From assembly GCA_963663165.1 (NCBI GenBank), contig OY760175.1, positions 2,400,001 through 2,464,000 of the forward strand: 64,000 bases of DNA. The letters run 5' to 3'. This DNA comes from an uncultured Desulfospira sp. (GTDB taxonomy: Bacteria; Desulfobacterota; Desulfobacteria; Desulfobacterales; Desulfobacteraceae). Both the position numbers and the translations under genes were made by a program. Numbering within the stretch: position 1 is the first letter of the stretch; every line of letters starts with the position of its first letter. The notes beneath the pieces were generated by a model. The model worked only from the letters and a program-made list of their open reading frames with translations. It did no database searches and had not been told where the DNA came from. Below are positions 10,658 to 20,002 of this stretch, piece by piece.

Positions 10658-10764
10658 GACGGCAGCGGCTGGCAGACCTATACAAAAGACGCCCCCTTCG
10701 GCAATTTCGACCTGGACTACAACGTCGCCTATTTTATCCACAAAAGTCCGTGATCAAAAGTAAC
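10658..10764 (+). repeat. 107-bp direct repeat, copy A (3' end of the interrupted gene)
   Basis: Matches 11705-11811 with about 12 substitutions. Confidence 0.9.
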
Positions 10765-10808
10765 ATCACAAATAAGCGGTTTATCCGTCTTCATTTGGAT
10801 GGTTGAAA
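10758..10808 (-). other. attC-like recombination site downstream of the MNT-HEPN module
   Basis: Minus strand reads TTTCAAC-CATCC-AAATGAAG-A-CGG-ATAAA-CCG-CTTATTT-GTGAT-GTTACTT: AAC/GTT boxes and two extrahelical bases. It is short and slightly off canonical spacing. Confidence 0.5.
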
Positions 10809-10833
10809 ATTGATTACTTTGAAAAGATAATCA

Positions 10834-11208
10834 TCAGATTTTTAAGTCATTGGTGATTTTTTGAATTGTACCAAGAAGTGTCGGTATTTTCTTCTTGCAT
10901 GTAAAAAATACAGTCTCAGCGTTTATGTCAGCATAATGATGGGTGATTATATCTCTCATACCTTTTGCTTTTTTCCAATCAACTTCCGGATACTTAGAAA
11001 GCAATTTATTATTGGTTACTTTATCGAGTTTTTTCAAAGATTCACCGATAACAATCAGCATCATGCAAATGGCATCCATTTTTTCGACACCGGCCGAAGT
11101 ATCTGTGAAATCATTTGGTTTGCTGATTGCCTGAAATCGCTGAACAACCTTCCGGGCTGCTTCCTGGATCTGGTGAAGAATTTCTATGATCAGTTCATTG
11201 TCACGCAT
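10834..11208 (-). CDS. HEPN (DUF86/HepT-like) ribonuclease toxin
   Basis: RDIITHHY (R-x4-H-x-Y) motif. The start overlaps the MNT stop. Confidence 0.9.
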   Translation of the reverse strand: MRDNELIIEILHQIQEAARKVVQRFQAISKPNDFTDTSAGVEKMDAICMMLIVIGESLKKLDKVTNNKLLSKYPEVDWKKAKGMRDIITHHYADINAETVFFTCKKKIPTLLGTIQKITNDLKI

Positions 11209-11491
11209 ACACAGCCTCATGATCTATTCGTTTCTTTAAAAAAGAATTCATTGTGTCTGTGTAAGTAACAATATCAACAGATTTTTTAAGCCTGTTTTCT
11301 AAATCGGTTTTTATCCCGGCAAGCATGAAAAAATCCGGTTCTGAGACCCGAATTACAATATCGACATCACTTTCATCATTTGCCTCTCCACGAGCAACGG
11401 ATCCGAATATTCCAATTTTTGAAATTTGATATTCATTGGCGACTTCTTTTTTATAAAGACTTAATATTTTCAACATACTTTGCACACCCAT
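11201..11491 (-). CDS. Minimal nucleotidyltransferase antitoxin (MntA-like)
   Basis: FGSVARGEANDESDVD (GS-x10-DxD) motif. Confidence 0.92.
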   Translation of the reverse strand: MGVQSMLKILSLYKKEVANEYQISKIGIFGSVARGEANDESDVDIVIRVSEPDFFMLAGIKTDLENRLKKSVDIVTYTDTMNSFLKKRIDHEAVYA

Positions 11492-11704
11492 GAAGACCTC
11501 TTACATTTTTTGTTGTGTTTCGTATCTGATGATACTGATGTCAATTTTACCATTTGCTAAAAATAGTACAACTTATTTGTTATTGTTCCCAGCCACGATA
11601 TACTCTTTGTTGGAAGCGGTTTGCGCTCCAATTTTCCTAATAGCCTGCCAATTTTTCCATGATGGGATTTGAAAGAGGCAGTCATCCGCCTCTTTTTTCC
11701 ATCC

Positions 11705-11811
11705 GACGGCAGCGGCCGGCAGACCTATACGGCCGGCGCCCCCTTCGGCAATTTTGACCTGGACTACAAGAGTGCCTATTTTATCCACAAAAATCCGTGA
11801 TCAAAAGTAAC
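11705..11811 (+). repeat. 107-bp direct repeat, copy B
   Basis: Matches 10658-10764. Confidence 0.9.
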
Positions 11812-11943
11812 GGGTAGCTCAGCCGACCGGGGATACAGCCAAGCAGGTTGTCGAAGCCAAGTTCTTTCGAAAACCAAAGGCTTCCTAAAAGCTGATAGCC
11901 TCCCCGGGGGGTGGCCGCAGCGTATACCCATTTTTTTGTTTTA
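11805..11943 (-). other. Degenerate long attC-like hairpin downstream of the PIN/antitoxin module
   Basis: Minus strand has GCTGCGGC (L''-like), a CCGGGGA/TCCCCGG stem, and GCTGAGC-TACCC-GTTACTT. The R'' box is degenerate. Confidence 0.4.
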
Positions 11944-11954
11944 TTATCAGAATA

Positions 11955-12194
11955 TTACAACTTATCATAACTTTCAGGCTCTACATGGGGAACATTCTTT
12001 AATACTCTTAAAAAGTCCTCACGACTTCCTTTTTCGGCTTCTCTTTCCAAATAGTCATGGGTCATTAATGCAGATAATTTTTCTGCAGCAGCCGTAACCA
12101 AAAATTGATTAATAGATACCCCATCAGCTTTAGCCTGTTGTTTTAGCGAATGGTGAAGAGATTTAGGAAGTCTTAAAGTTAATGTGCTACCCAT
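11955..12194 (-). CDS. Ribbon-helix-helix antitoxin (HicB-like)
   Basis: TLRLPKSLH...GVSINQF...AAAEK; lies downstream of the PIN gene. Confidence 0.85.
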   Translation of the reverse strand: MGSTLTLRLPKSLHHSLKQQAKADGVSINQFLVTAAAEKLSALMTHDYLEREAEKGSREDFLRVLKNVPHVEPESYDKL

Positions 12195-12207
12195 TTTACA
12201 CCTCCCC

Positions 12208-12299
12208 TATAACCGTCACGGACGGCTTGGATTATCCAACCAAGCACCGCCCACAACAAATATTGAAAGTCTTCTCAGGACGTTAGTGAGACTTTCATA
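12208..12299 (-). repeat. ~92-nt structured repeat element, copy B
   Basis: Homologous to 13951-14044, 30011-30102 and 62797-62890. Confidence 0.85.
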
Positions 12300-12709
12300 T
12301 AAATAGAAAGAAATTCTTTTGGTCTGATTGGCTCCACCCCAAAGTTTTGAATATTGGAAAAATCTTTCAGATTATATGTGATAATATAGTCACACTGTGA
12401 AGCTACTGCTAATTCTAAAACCAAATCATCCTTTGGATCTTTTAGCCATGGACGCCATAAATAAAAAATTTTTTGGTGTTCAGCTATTTTGCACAAGTAA
12501 CGCAAAAAAGCTAAAATTTCTTCTTTTGTATTTTTACCCGTCATATGTTCAGGCCTTGTCAAAACATCTTGATATTCTAAATACAAGGGAACTGAAATAT
12601 AGAAATCGAATTCATTTGATGGGAGTATTGACATGAGAGCATATGATGCTCCCATGTCAGATTTCATGGCAGAAACCAAAATGTTTGTATCTATTACAAC
12701 TCTCATCAT
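12275..12709 (-). CDS. PIN-domain toxin
   Basis: VVIDTNIL, EY, DPKDD and ITYNLKDF motifs. Confidence 0.92.
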   Translation of the reverse strand: MMRVVIDTNILVSAMKSDMGASYALMSILPSNEFDFYISVPLYLEYQDVLTRPEHMTGKNTKEEILAFLRYLCKIAEHQKIFYLWRPWLKDPKDDLVLELAVASQCDYIITYNLKDFSNIQNFGVEPIRPKEFLSIYMKVSLTS

Positions 12710-12804
12710 GGTTTCATATATAACACTAGAATATTAAATTGACAAATTGAATTTTGGGTTTAGCCTATCCGTATTGTTTAAGGTATAACATTTGCGAGGA
12801 ATGA

Positions 12805-13935
12805 ATGTCTAAAGCTGTAGAAAAAGCAATCAGAGAACTGGTGCTGGACAGACGCGGAAACCCCTGTTTTGCATCCGCTCCTGATTACTCTAAAGTGGAG
12901 GCCTTACGGCCATTTTGGCAACAAATGGAATCAACGGGGAATTTGATTACCATTGTCTGGGACTATGCAAAAAACGACTTCCTCTATATTTCCGACAAAT
13001 TCTTCAATTATTTCGGATTCGATCCTGAAAACGTTTACCGGGAAAAACTGGCCTATCCTCTGAACCGGCTGGTTCCCGTTGATGCCATGGTCATGATGAA
13101 CGGGTCTGCTTTTGTTTGGGATTATGTGTCCGGTCTCCCGGTTGATCAGCGCAAAAATTACAAGGTAATCGCGGAATACCGGATGAAAAACGACCAGGAT
13201 AAAATGATCCGCGTCCACTACCAGAACATTACGCTTGAATTAACCGATACAGGCGATGTCTGGCTCAGCATGATGCTCTTTGAACTCTCCTCGGACCAGA
13301 ATATGGAAACCCCGGGCAATATCTCATGTATTGATGCCGTCTCCGGGGAGACCATATTGACGGTGGACCAGGTCAAAGAAAACCTTCTTACAAAAATATT
13401 GTCCGAGCAGGAACTTGATGTGTTGAAGCGGATGGCAAAAAAAGAGGACTCAGGGCAGATCGCCGCCGCACTGGGGATCAGCAGAAAAACAGCTGATCAA
13501 TTTCACACACAAATTATCAACAAGCTCAAGGTCGCAGATATCAACGAGGCCACAGCCTTGATCAAGGATCTATTTAAAGGTTCAGCCCCTGCCTGGGACC
13601 GGATCGTTCCAAACGACACCCCGGCATCGCTGCCCGAGCTGATTGTTGATCTGATGAACCGGGCCATCCACTACTGGGTGGCGTCCACCGGCCGGACAAA
13701 GGCGGACCTGGCAGAGGAGTCCAAAATATGGCGGGTATATCAAGATCTCAACGGTTGGCGTCGGACCCAGACCCTGGATAAATACCTGGATATTCATACC
13801 CTGCCCAAAAGTCCTCGCATCACCCAGGTTCTGCAGACCGCCTACTACGTCTTGAAGACCTGCGAGACCCCGTCCGCCCGACGGGATAAGCTTGAGGCCG
13901 CAATTAAACGAGTAAGGGAAAAACAGGGGCGATAA
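12805..13935 (+). CDS. PAS + LuxR-HTH regulator with C-terminal ChiS-like DNA-binding domain
   Basis: PAS-like N-terminus, LSEQELDVL...IAAALGISRKT HTH, and a C-terminal LAEESKIWRVY...TQTLDKYL...LPKSPR segment. Confidence 0.7.
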   Translation: MSKAVEKAIRELVLDRRGNPCFASAPDYSKVEALRPFWQQMESTGNLITIVWDYAKNDFLYISDKFFNYFGFDPENVYREKLAYPLNRLVPVDAMVMMNGSAFVWDYVSGLPVDQRKNYKVIAEYRMKNDQDKMIRVHYQNITLELTDTGDVWLSMMLFELSSDQNMETPGNISCIDAVSGETILTVDQVKENLLTKILSEQELDVLKRMAKKEDSGQIAAALGISRKTADQFHTQIINKLKVADINEATALIKDLFKGSAPAWDRIVPNDTPASLPELIVDLMNRAIHYWVASTGRTKADLAEESKIWRVYQDLNGWRRTQTLDKYLDIHTLPKSPRITQVLQTAYYVLKTCETPSARRDKLEAAIKRVREKQGR

Positions 13936-13950
13936 ATAAAAAAAAGAAAT

Positions 13951-14044
13951 TAGAAAGTTCCAATAAGTTGCTGAAATACTTTCTTAGTTTGTTGTGGGCT
14001 GTACCTCAGTACTGATATATCAGGTCAGCCCACGGCTGTTATAA
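13951..14044 (+). repeat. ~92-nt structured repeat element, copy A (diverged)
   Basis: GAAAGT..ACTTTC stem, TTTGTTGT linker, then GGGCTG..CAGCCC..GGCTG-TTATAA. Confidence 0.75.
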
Positions 14045-14091
14045 GAACTTGCTTTCCGACTCCCAACGCGGGACCACAGCAAGGGCAGGGG

Positions 14092-15837
14092 TCAAAATTT
14101 CCATCCCTTAAGCTGCTGCTGTTCGTCCCAAAGGAATTTGTATATGCCCTGGCGCGACATCAGGTTTTCATGGGTTCCTTGTTCCGCAATGGTGCCTTTG
14201 TCGATCACCACGATGTTATCGGCTCTGGAAATGGTGTTGAGCCGGTGGGCAATCACCACCACGGTTTTATTTTTCACCAGTTCGTCAATGGCTTTTTGAA
14301 TATGCAGTTCATTTTCCGGGTCAAGGGCGGCTGTGGCCTCATCCAGCAGAACAATGGGGGCGTCCTTAAGAAGGGCCCGGGCAATGGAGATGCGTTGCTT
14401 TTCTCCTCCGGACAGGGTGCTGCCGCCCTCTCCTACCATGGTGTGATATCCTTTGGGCAGGGCCAAGATAAAATCGTGGCAGCAGGCTGCCCGGGCCGCG
14501 GCCTCCACCTGCTGCCGGGTGGCGCCGGGACGGCCGATTTGAATATTATTGAAAATGGTTTCATTGAACAGATAGACATCCTGAAATACCATGGAAATAT
14601 GGGCCAGCAAATGGTCGGTTGTGTATGTTTTGATATTTTTTCCGCCAATACGGATTTCACCCTCTTTGACATCCCAGAAACGGGCGATCAGTCTGGTCAG
14701 GGTGGTCTTTCCCGAGCCTGACGGCCCCACCAGAGCCGTGAGGGCATTTTCAGGAATCTGAAGGCTGATTTTGTTTAGCACAGGGGTGTCGCCATAGCCA
14801 AAAACCACATTTTTGAGCTGGATGTCATGGCGCTCAATTTTCTCAGATGGGCTTGCCTCGGGCAGGGGATCAGTCTTAAGCAGCTTGTCCACACGTTCCA
14901 CCCCAAGCTTGTAGTAGTTGATTTCGGCCATGAATATCAGGGCGTACAAAAGCGGTTCGTAAATCCTGGGTCCTAAAATGAGAAACATGATATAAACGGG
15001 AAGTGAAATTTCACCGGCTGCAATTAACGTAAAGCCGAAAATGATGATAAATGTAAATCCGCCGTTCAATATAAAGGAAGAGAACAGGACCGTGGGCCCG
15101 GAGGCGGTTTCCAGTTTGATGCTTTGAACCTTTAACCGGTGAAAGGCCTTTTCCAGGCGGCTGAACTTTGTCCCGCCCAGGTTAAAGGCCTTGATCAGGC
15201 GGACACCCTGGATGTATTCGATCATGCGTGAGGCGGATTCCATTTTATATTTCTGGTGCCGTTCCCCGAAATACCGGATCAGCCGAAAGGAGATCCAGGC
15301 CGCAGGCCATGCTGCGGGAATGACCAGGGCTGCGGCCAGGGCAAGCTTCCAGCTCATAAGGCAGAGGCAGGCCAGCAAGGCCGCCGGTGCGGCCAGGGCA
15401 CCGCACAACTGGGGGAAGAGATGGGAGAGCAGCTGCTCGATGTTGGCATAGTCCGAAACAAGGTAGGCGCCAATGTCGCCGGGATCCTGGGTGTTGTAAA
15501 ATCCCATGGAGAGTTTTCTCAAGTGATCGGCAATTTTCAGCCGGCCCTCGCCGCAGATCTCATAACTGCCTTTGTAGGCGGCAAAATAGGCCTTCCGGCT
15601 GATAAAAAAGAGCAGCACCAGAGAGATGAACAGGGCCCCGCACCAGCACAGAACACGCGGCACATCCAGGGGGGTGCCGGGATATTGTACGGGTTTGAAA
15701 AGCTCCCAAACCACGAGCATCAATATGCCATACGGCGCACCGCGAAAAAAATATTCAAGAACGGTCCATCCCACAAGGGGTCTTAGCCGGTGGGGTTGGC
15801 CCATGGTGGCGGCGTTCATCATCGCCTGGTAATTCAT
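14092..15837 (-). CDS. Fused permease/ATPase ABC transporter (YbtQ/IrtB-like)
   Basis: TM domain plus GPSGSGKT, LSGGEKQR and LLDEAT. Confidence 0.92.
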   Translation of the reverse strand: MNYQAMMNAATMGQPHRLRPLVGWTVLEYFFRGAPYGILMLVVWELFKPVQYPGTPLDVPRVLCWCGALFISLVLLFFISRKAYFAAYKGSYEICGEGRLKIADHLRKLSMGFYNTQDPGDIGAYLVSDYANIEQLLSHLFPQLCGALAAPAALLACLCLMSWKLALAAALVIPAAWPAAWISFRLIRYFGERHQKYKMESASRMIEYIQGVRLIKAFNLGGTKFSRLEKAFHRLKVQSIKLETASGPTVLFSSFILNGGFTFIIIFGFTLIAAGEISLPVYIMFLILGPRIYEPLLYALIFMAEINYYKLGVERVDKLLKTDPLPEASPSEKIERHDIQLKNVVFGYGDTPVLNKISLQIPENALTALVGPSGSGKTTLTRLIARFWDVKEGEIRIGGKNIKTYTTDHLLAHISMVFQDVYLFNETIFNNIQIGRPGATRQQVEAAARAACCHDFILALPKGYHTMVGEGGSTLSGGEKQRISIARALLKDAPIVLLDEATAALDPENELHIQKAIDELVKNKTVVVIAHRLNTISRADNIVVIDKGTIAEQGTHENLMSRQGIYKFLWDEQQQLKGWKF

Positions 15838-15879
15838 GTGATTATCTCCTTAAAACACCCTGGTAAAGGTATGGGGCTG

Positions 15880-17718
15880 TTATGCGGTTTCCTGCTTTTC
15901 TTCTCCGATTGCAGCAGGCCTTGTGTGCGGGGTCAGCACCCACTCACGGGACCGGGAATACATCTGCCACATCCGGCTGTATAAACCATTCTGGGCCAGA
16001 AGATCTTGATGCCGCCCCTGCTCTGCAATCACACCGTGATCCACCACCAGGATTTGATCGGCGCTGGTAATGGTGCTCAACCGATGGGCAATGACCAGAA
16101 CGGTCCTGCCCCGGATCAGATGGGAAAAGGCCGCCAGAATATGGCGTTCATTTTCCGGGTCTGCATAGGCGGTGGCTTCGTCCAGAACAAGGATGGGCGC
16201 ATCTTTCAACACTGCCCGGGCAAGAGCAATGCGCTGTTGTTCGCCACCGGAAAGATAAGCCCCGCCTTTGCCCACCACCGTCTGATACCCGTTTTCCAAG
16301 GACTGGATGAATTCGTGGCATTGGGCGGCCCTGGCCGCGGCCGTCACCGCCTCAAAGGAGGCGGTGCTGTTGCCCATGCGGATGTTCTCTTCAATGGTGT
16401 CAAAAAACAGCATGTTATCCTGGAAAACAAAGGCCACATGGTCCATTAAATCCCTGGTGGAAATCTTTGTAACCGGCACCCCCCCGATGCGGATTTCACC
16501 GGATTTCACATCCCAGAACCTTGCTGTCAGCATCCCGATGGTACTTTTCCCCGCCCCCGAAGGCCCGACCAGCGCGGTCACGGAACCGGGCTTGGCAAGA
16601 AATGACACGTTTTTGAGTACAGGCGTTTCATCATAGGCAAAGGTGACGTTGCAAAATTCCACGGCAGCCCCAACCGGCCGGAGGGGATGTTCAGGTTCGC
16701 TGATTTCCGGCTGATCCAGAAGGCCGTCAATCAGCCCCACTCCTAATGCGTTCTGGTTGAGATAGCCGCTCATGTAAAGCAATTTGAGCAATGGGAAAAA
16801 CATGCCCCCGCCAAGGATGAGAAATAAAAATACCGTGGGAAGATAATCCGCATAGGAGGGTGCTTTCAAAAGAAGGAACAGGGACACGGGAATCAAAAAC
16901 AAAATGGTTGAGCAGAGCATGGTTAAAAACCCGGTGTAGGTCAGGGCGAATTTTTGGGTGATCACCATGCTGAAATCCCTGAAATCCGTAATATCTTTTT
17001 TTAACCGCTCAAAGCTGTCCATGGACCGGCCAAACACCTTGACCACCTGGATCCCGCGGACAAACTCGACAATACCGGCGTTCATGCGCCCCAGGGCTTT
17101 GTGGAAATCGGCATACTGTTTTTTGTTTTTGGGCACAAGCATCATGGAGGCCTGAATACTTAAAGCGGCGATAAATACCGCCAGAACCACCAGGGCCTGC
17201 CGAAAGTCCACATAAAAAAGATACCCCATCATGAGCAACGGAAAAACCACGGCCGCGGTCACATCGGGGATGTGATGGGCCACGAACAATTCAATTCGTT
17301 CAACATCTTCGGACATGATTTTTTTAATTTCCCCGGATGCCTGTCTGGTAAAATACCCCATGGGCAGCCGGGCAAGCTTTCGGGAAAGGGCCACCCGCAG
17401 CTCATACAGGATGTTGAAGGCGGCAATGTGGGACAGTGTCAATGATGCGTAGGTCACCATGCCGTAAAGGCATACGGCCACAAGGCTGATCCATCCCCAG
17501 CCGTAGACCAGGTCCTTGTCCAAAAGGCTTATATCGGCGGCATGGGCGGAAAGTTCCCGGATAATCATATACACGGCCACATAAGGGACAAACTGAATGA
17601 TGGATGCGATTACGGCAAGGATCATTGAGGCGATCAGCCACCACTTTCTGGTTCCCGCGATTTCGATGAGCCGCGGGATACCGGTTTTGCGCTTTTTTGG
17701 TTTCACGAAAGTGTCCAC
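15880..17718 (-). CDS. Fused permease/ATPase ABC transporter (YbtP/IrtA-like)
   Basis: TM domain (SHIAAFNILYELR) plus GPSGAGKS, LSGGEQQR and LDEATAYAD. Confidence 0.92.
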   Translation of the reverse strand: MDTFVKPKKRKTGIPRLIEIAGTRKWWLIASMILAVIASIIQFVPYVAVYMIIRELSAHAADISLLDKDLVYGWGWISLVAVCLYGMVTYASLTLSHIAAFNILYELRVALSRKLARLPMGYFTRQASGEIKKIMSEDVERIELFVAHHIPDVTAAVVFPLLMMGYLFYVDFRQALVVLAVFIAALSIQASMMLVPKNKKQYADFHKALGRMNAGIVEFVRGIQVVKVFGRSMDSFERLKKDITDFRDFSMVITQKFALTYTGFLTMLCSTILFLIPVSLFLLLKAPSYADYLPTVFLFLILGGGMFFPLLKLLYMSGYLNQNALGVGLIDGLLDQPEISEPEHPLRPVGAAVEFCNVTFAYDETPVLKNVSFLAKPGSVTALVGPSGAGKSTIGMLTARFWDVKSGEIRIGGVPVTKISTRDLMDHVAFVFQDNMLFFDTIEENIRMGNSTASFEAVTAAARAAQCHEFIQSLENGYQTVVGKGGAYLSGGEQQRIALARAVLKDAPILVLDEATAYADPENERHILAAFSHLIRGRTVLVIAHRLSTITSADQILVVDHGVIAEQGRHQDLLAQNGLYSRMWQMYSRSREWVLTPHTRPAAIGEEKQETA

Positions 17719-17723
17719 TGTTC

Positions 17724-19838
17724 TTAAAACCGCCTTGAAATCATTATGCCGAAAGTTTGGGGCTCCCCCACATTGGCCATGACGCCCATGGCATTAACCC
17801 TGCCGAAACTGAAGTATTCTTCATCAAAAAGATTTTTCCCATAAAGGTACACATCCCAGTTTGAACCTTCATATCCGACTTTTGCGTTATAAATCTGATA
17901 GGCTTTCTGGCCGATGGTGTTTGCATCATTAAAGTAATTTCGGCCATACCCCTGCATGCCTGCACGAAAGAAAAATCCTGAATCATGTCTGTATTGAACT
18001 GCCAGGTTCAAGGTGTAATCCGGGGAGACCGGCAGCTCCTTTCCCGAACAATCAACCCCTTCCGTGTTGGTGTAGTCATCATATTCCGCCTGGGCGAGTC
18101 CAAATGCGGCAATCAGATCCAGGCCTTTGAGGGGCTTTGCCGTTGCTTCGATTTCAATGCCCTGGGAGTGCGCTTTTCCGGCATTGCTGGTGATATAGGT
18201 GGTGGGATCAGGCGCATAATAGACATGCATGTCTTTGATATCCATATAAAAAAGATTGGCATTGAAAAACAGCCGGTTGCTGAACCATGATGTTTTAACG
18301 CCAAGCTCATAGTCAATGGAGCTTTGCTCATCAAATTTTGCCTGTTCTTTTACATTCTCACTATAGTTGAACCCGCCGGCCAGATATCCCTTGGACACAC
18401 TGGCATACACCATGGCATCGTCATTGATGGTCCAGGATAGAATCCCTTTGGGAAGAAACGCATCCCAGTCATCTTTGATATGGTATGAGGTCTGTGACAA
18501 CACGGCACCGGTATCGGTGCGGGACATCTCGTATCTGTAGTCCATCTCCTTATCAATGCGTTCATATCTTAGACCTGCGGTAAAGGCCAGCCGTCCGGGA
18601 AGCGGAACCGTTACCTGGCCGAAGGCCGCAGCCGTATCCTCTTTGGTATCATCCGGCCAGTTATAATAAACATCATACCCCATCATGGCCGAGGTATCGT
18701 AAACCATGCCGTTGTCTTCCCAGCTGCCGTCCTCGGTTGAATAATAAAGCCCGCCGAGCCATTTTACGCCTTCTTTTTTATCCAGGGACTGTATGCGCAG
18801 TTCCTGGGACAATGCCCGGGAATCATACTGGCTTAATGCAACAGGCATCCCCATGCCCATATAGCATTGATCCTGCATAAGTTCATTTTCGTAGTCATTG
18901 AAGGTGGTAATGGAGGTCAGCTTAAAGGTTGGAGCATCATAACCGATATTGAGTGCGGCCTGAAAAGAATCAGCGTCTGAGTAATCATCAGGATTTCTGT
19001 ACTCATGGTATTTCACCCCGGATGTCCGGGCATTGATGGAGGTCCCGCCGCCATCCCTTTTCTGCACCATTCCGGCGTGAAGATTGATTTCCATGCGGTC
19101 CGACACCAGCCACCGCAGCCGCGAGTTAAAACCGATTGACTCTTCATCGTCAAAATGACCGCTGCCGGGAGAATCATTTTCCATATATCCGTTAGTTTCA
19201 GAATAGATTCCGGATAGTGAGAAAAAAAGCTTATCCTTTAATATAGGGCCGTTCACAAAACTTTTAATACGGTAAGTTTCATTTTCTTCTGCCTGGAATG
19301 TCACCTTTGATTCAAAATCATTGCCCGGTTCTTTTGAAATGATATTGATAACACCGCCGATGGCGTTCTTGCCGTACAATGTCCCCTGGGAGCCTCTGAG
19401 TACCTCTATTCTTTCAATGTCCAATATATCGGTGCCGTAATTGGCATGATTGTCCTGGGCAATGCCGTCAATAAAAATCACCACCGGATTTTTCCCGGTA
19501 AACTGGCTTAAACTGATCCCCCTGAAATTGGTTTCATGATACCCGCTCATGTATGAGGCGTTGAAAACCATATTCGGGACAAATTCAATTACATCATCCA
19601 CGTCTTCAATGCCGGCATCTTCAATGAATATGTCATCAAAGGTGGTAACCGGCACCGGGACGGTCTGAACGTCTTCTTCGGTTTTCTGGGCCGTGACCGT
19701 CATTGTTGTGAGCTGATGCTCTTCCTTTTGACTTAGGGCGTCAGCCCCTTTTTGTTCCGCCTGAACATTGGGGCCGGCCAGAAGCAGACACATTAGCGTG
19801 ACTGCCAGACCGGAAAACTGCTTTGCTGATTTTTTCAT
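17724..19838 (-). CDS. TonB-dependent receptor
   Basis: Signal peptide, TVTAQK, IERIEVLRGSQGTLYG and C-terminal F. Confidence 0.95.
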   Translation of the reverse strand: MKKSAKQFSGLAVTLMCLLLAGPNVQAEQKGADALSQKEEHQLTTMTVTAQKTEEDVQTVPVPVTTFDDIFIEDAGIEDVDDVIEFVPNMVFNASYMSGYHETNFRGISLSQFTGKNPVVIFIDGIAQDNHANYGTDILDIERIEVLRGSQGTLYGKNAIGGVINIISKEPGNDFESKVTFQAEENETYRIKSFVNGPILKDKLFFSLSGIYSETNGYMENDSPGSGHFDDEESIGFNSRLRWLVSDRMEINLHAGMVQKRDGGGTSINARTSGVKYHEYRNPDDYSDADSFQAALNIGYDAPTFKLTSITTFNDYENELMQDQCYMGMGMPVALSQYDSRALSQELRIQSLDKKEGVKWLGGLYYSTEDGSWEDNGMVYDTSAMMGYDVYYNWPDDTKEDTAAAFGQVTVPLPGRLAFTAGLRYERIDKEMDYRYEMSRTDTGAVLSQTSYHIKDDWDAFLPKGILSWTINDDAMVYASVSKGYLAGGFNYSENVKEQAKFDEQSSIDYELGVKTSWFSNRLFFNANLFYMDIKDMHVYYAPDPTTYITSNAGKAHSQGIEIEATAKPLKGLDLIAAFGLAQAEYDDYTNTEGVDCSGKELPVSPDYTLNLAVQYRHDSGFFFRAGMQGYGRNYFNDANTIGQKAYQIYNAKVGYEGSNWDVYLYGKNLFDEEYFSFGRVNAMGVMANVGEPQTFGIMISRRF

Positions 19839-19975
19839 ATTCGTATTAACTCCTAATTTTTTCAGGTTTTTTTCACCGCTGGAATTAAACAGCCGGCGGC
19901 CTCATTTTTGCGGCTCGTTTTTGAAACATGTTTGCAAAGAGGTATAACCCCTTGTCCGGCAAAGGGGCTAACGGT

Positions 19976-20002
19976 ATCGTCCATCTTTTTTGCGCAATCG
20001 TC
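19976..20002 (-). promoter_or_regulatory. Candidate AraC-family binding site (GACGAT direct repeat, 21-bp period)
   Basis: ATCGTC occurs at 19976 and 19997 on the + strand, upstream of the receptor gene. Confidence 0.3.

Larger units (their letters stand above)
8434..10753 (+). pseudogene. Secreted protein gene (~311 aa if rejoined, two GWNL-type C-terminal repeats) interrupted by an IS
   Basis: 8434-8775 (signal peptide MKNPLAGFIAV...) joins 10160-10753 in frame as ...VSSELS|EIGEAQMD... once the IS and one TCA copy are removed. Confidence 0.85.

Noticed and set aside
10658..11811. Diversity-generating retroelement (107-bp repeat at a gene 3' end plus an RT in the window)
   Set aside because: Only about 5 of about 12 differences fall at adenines of copy A, and fewer at adenines of copy B. 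The RT lies inside a complete group II intron 10 kb away.
12208..12299. Hammerhead ribozyme in the 92-nt element
   Set aside because: CTGAGAA and GAAA are present, but the CUGANGA core and three-stem junction are not conserved across the four copies.
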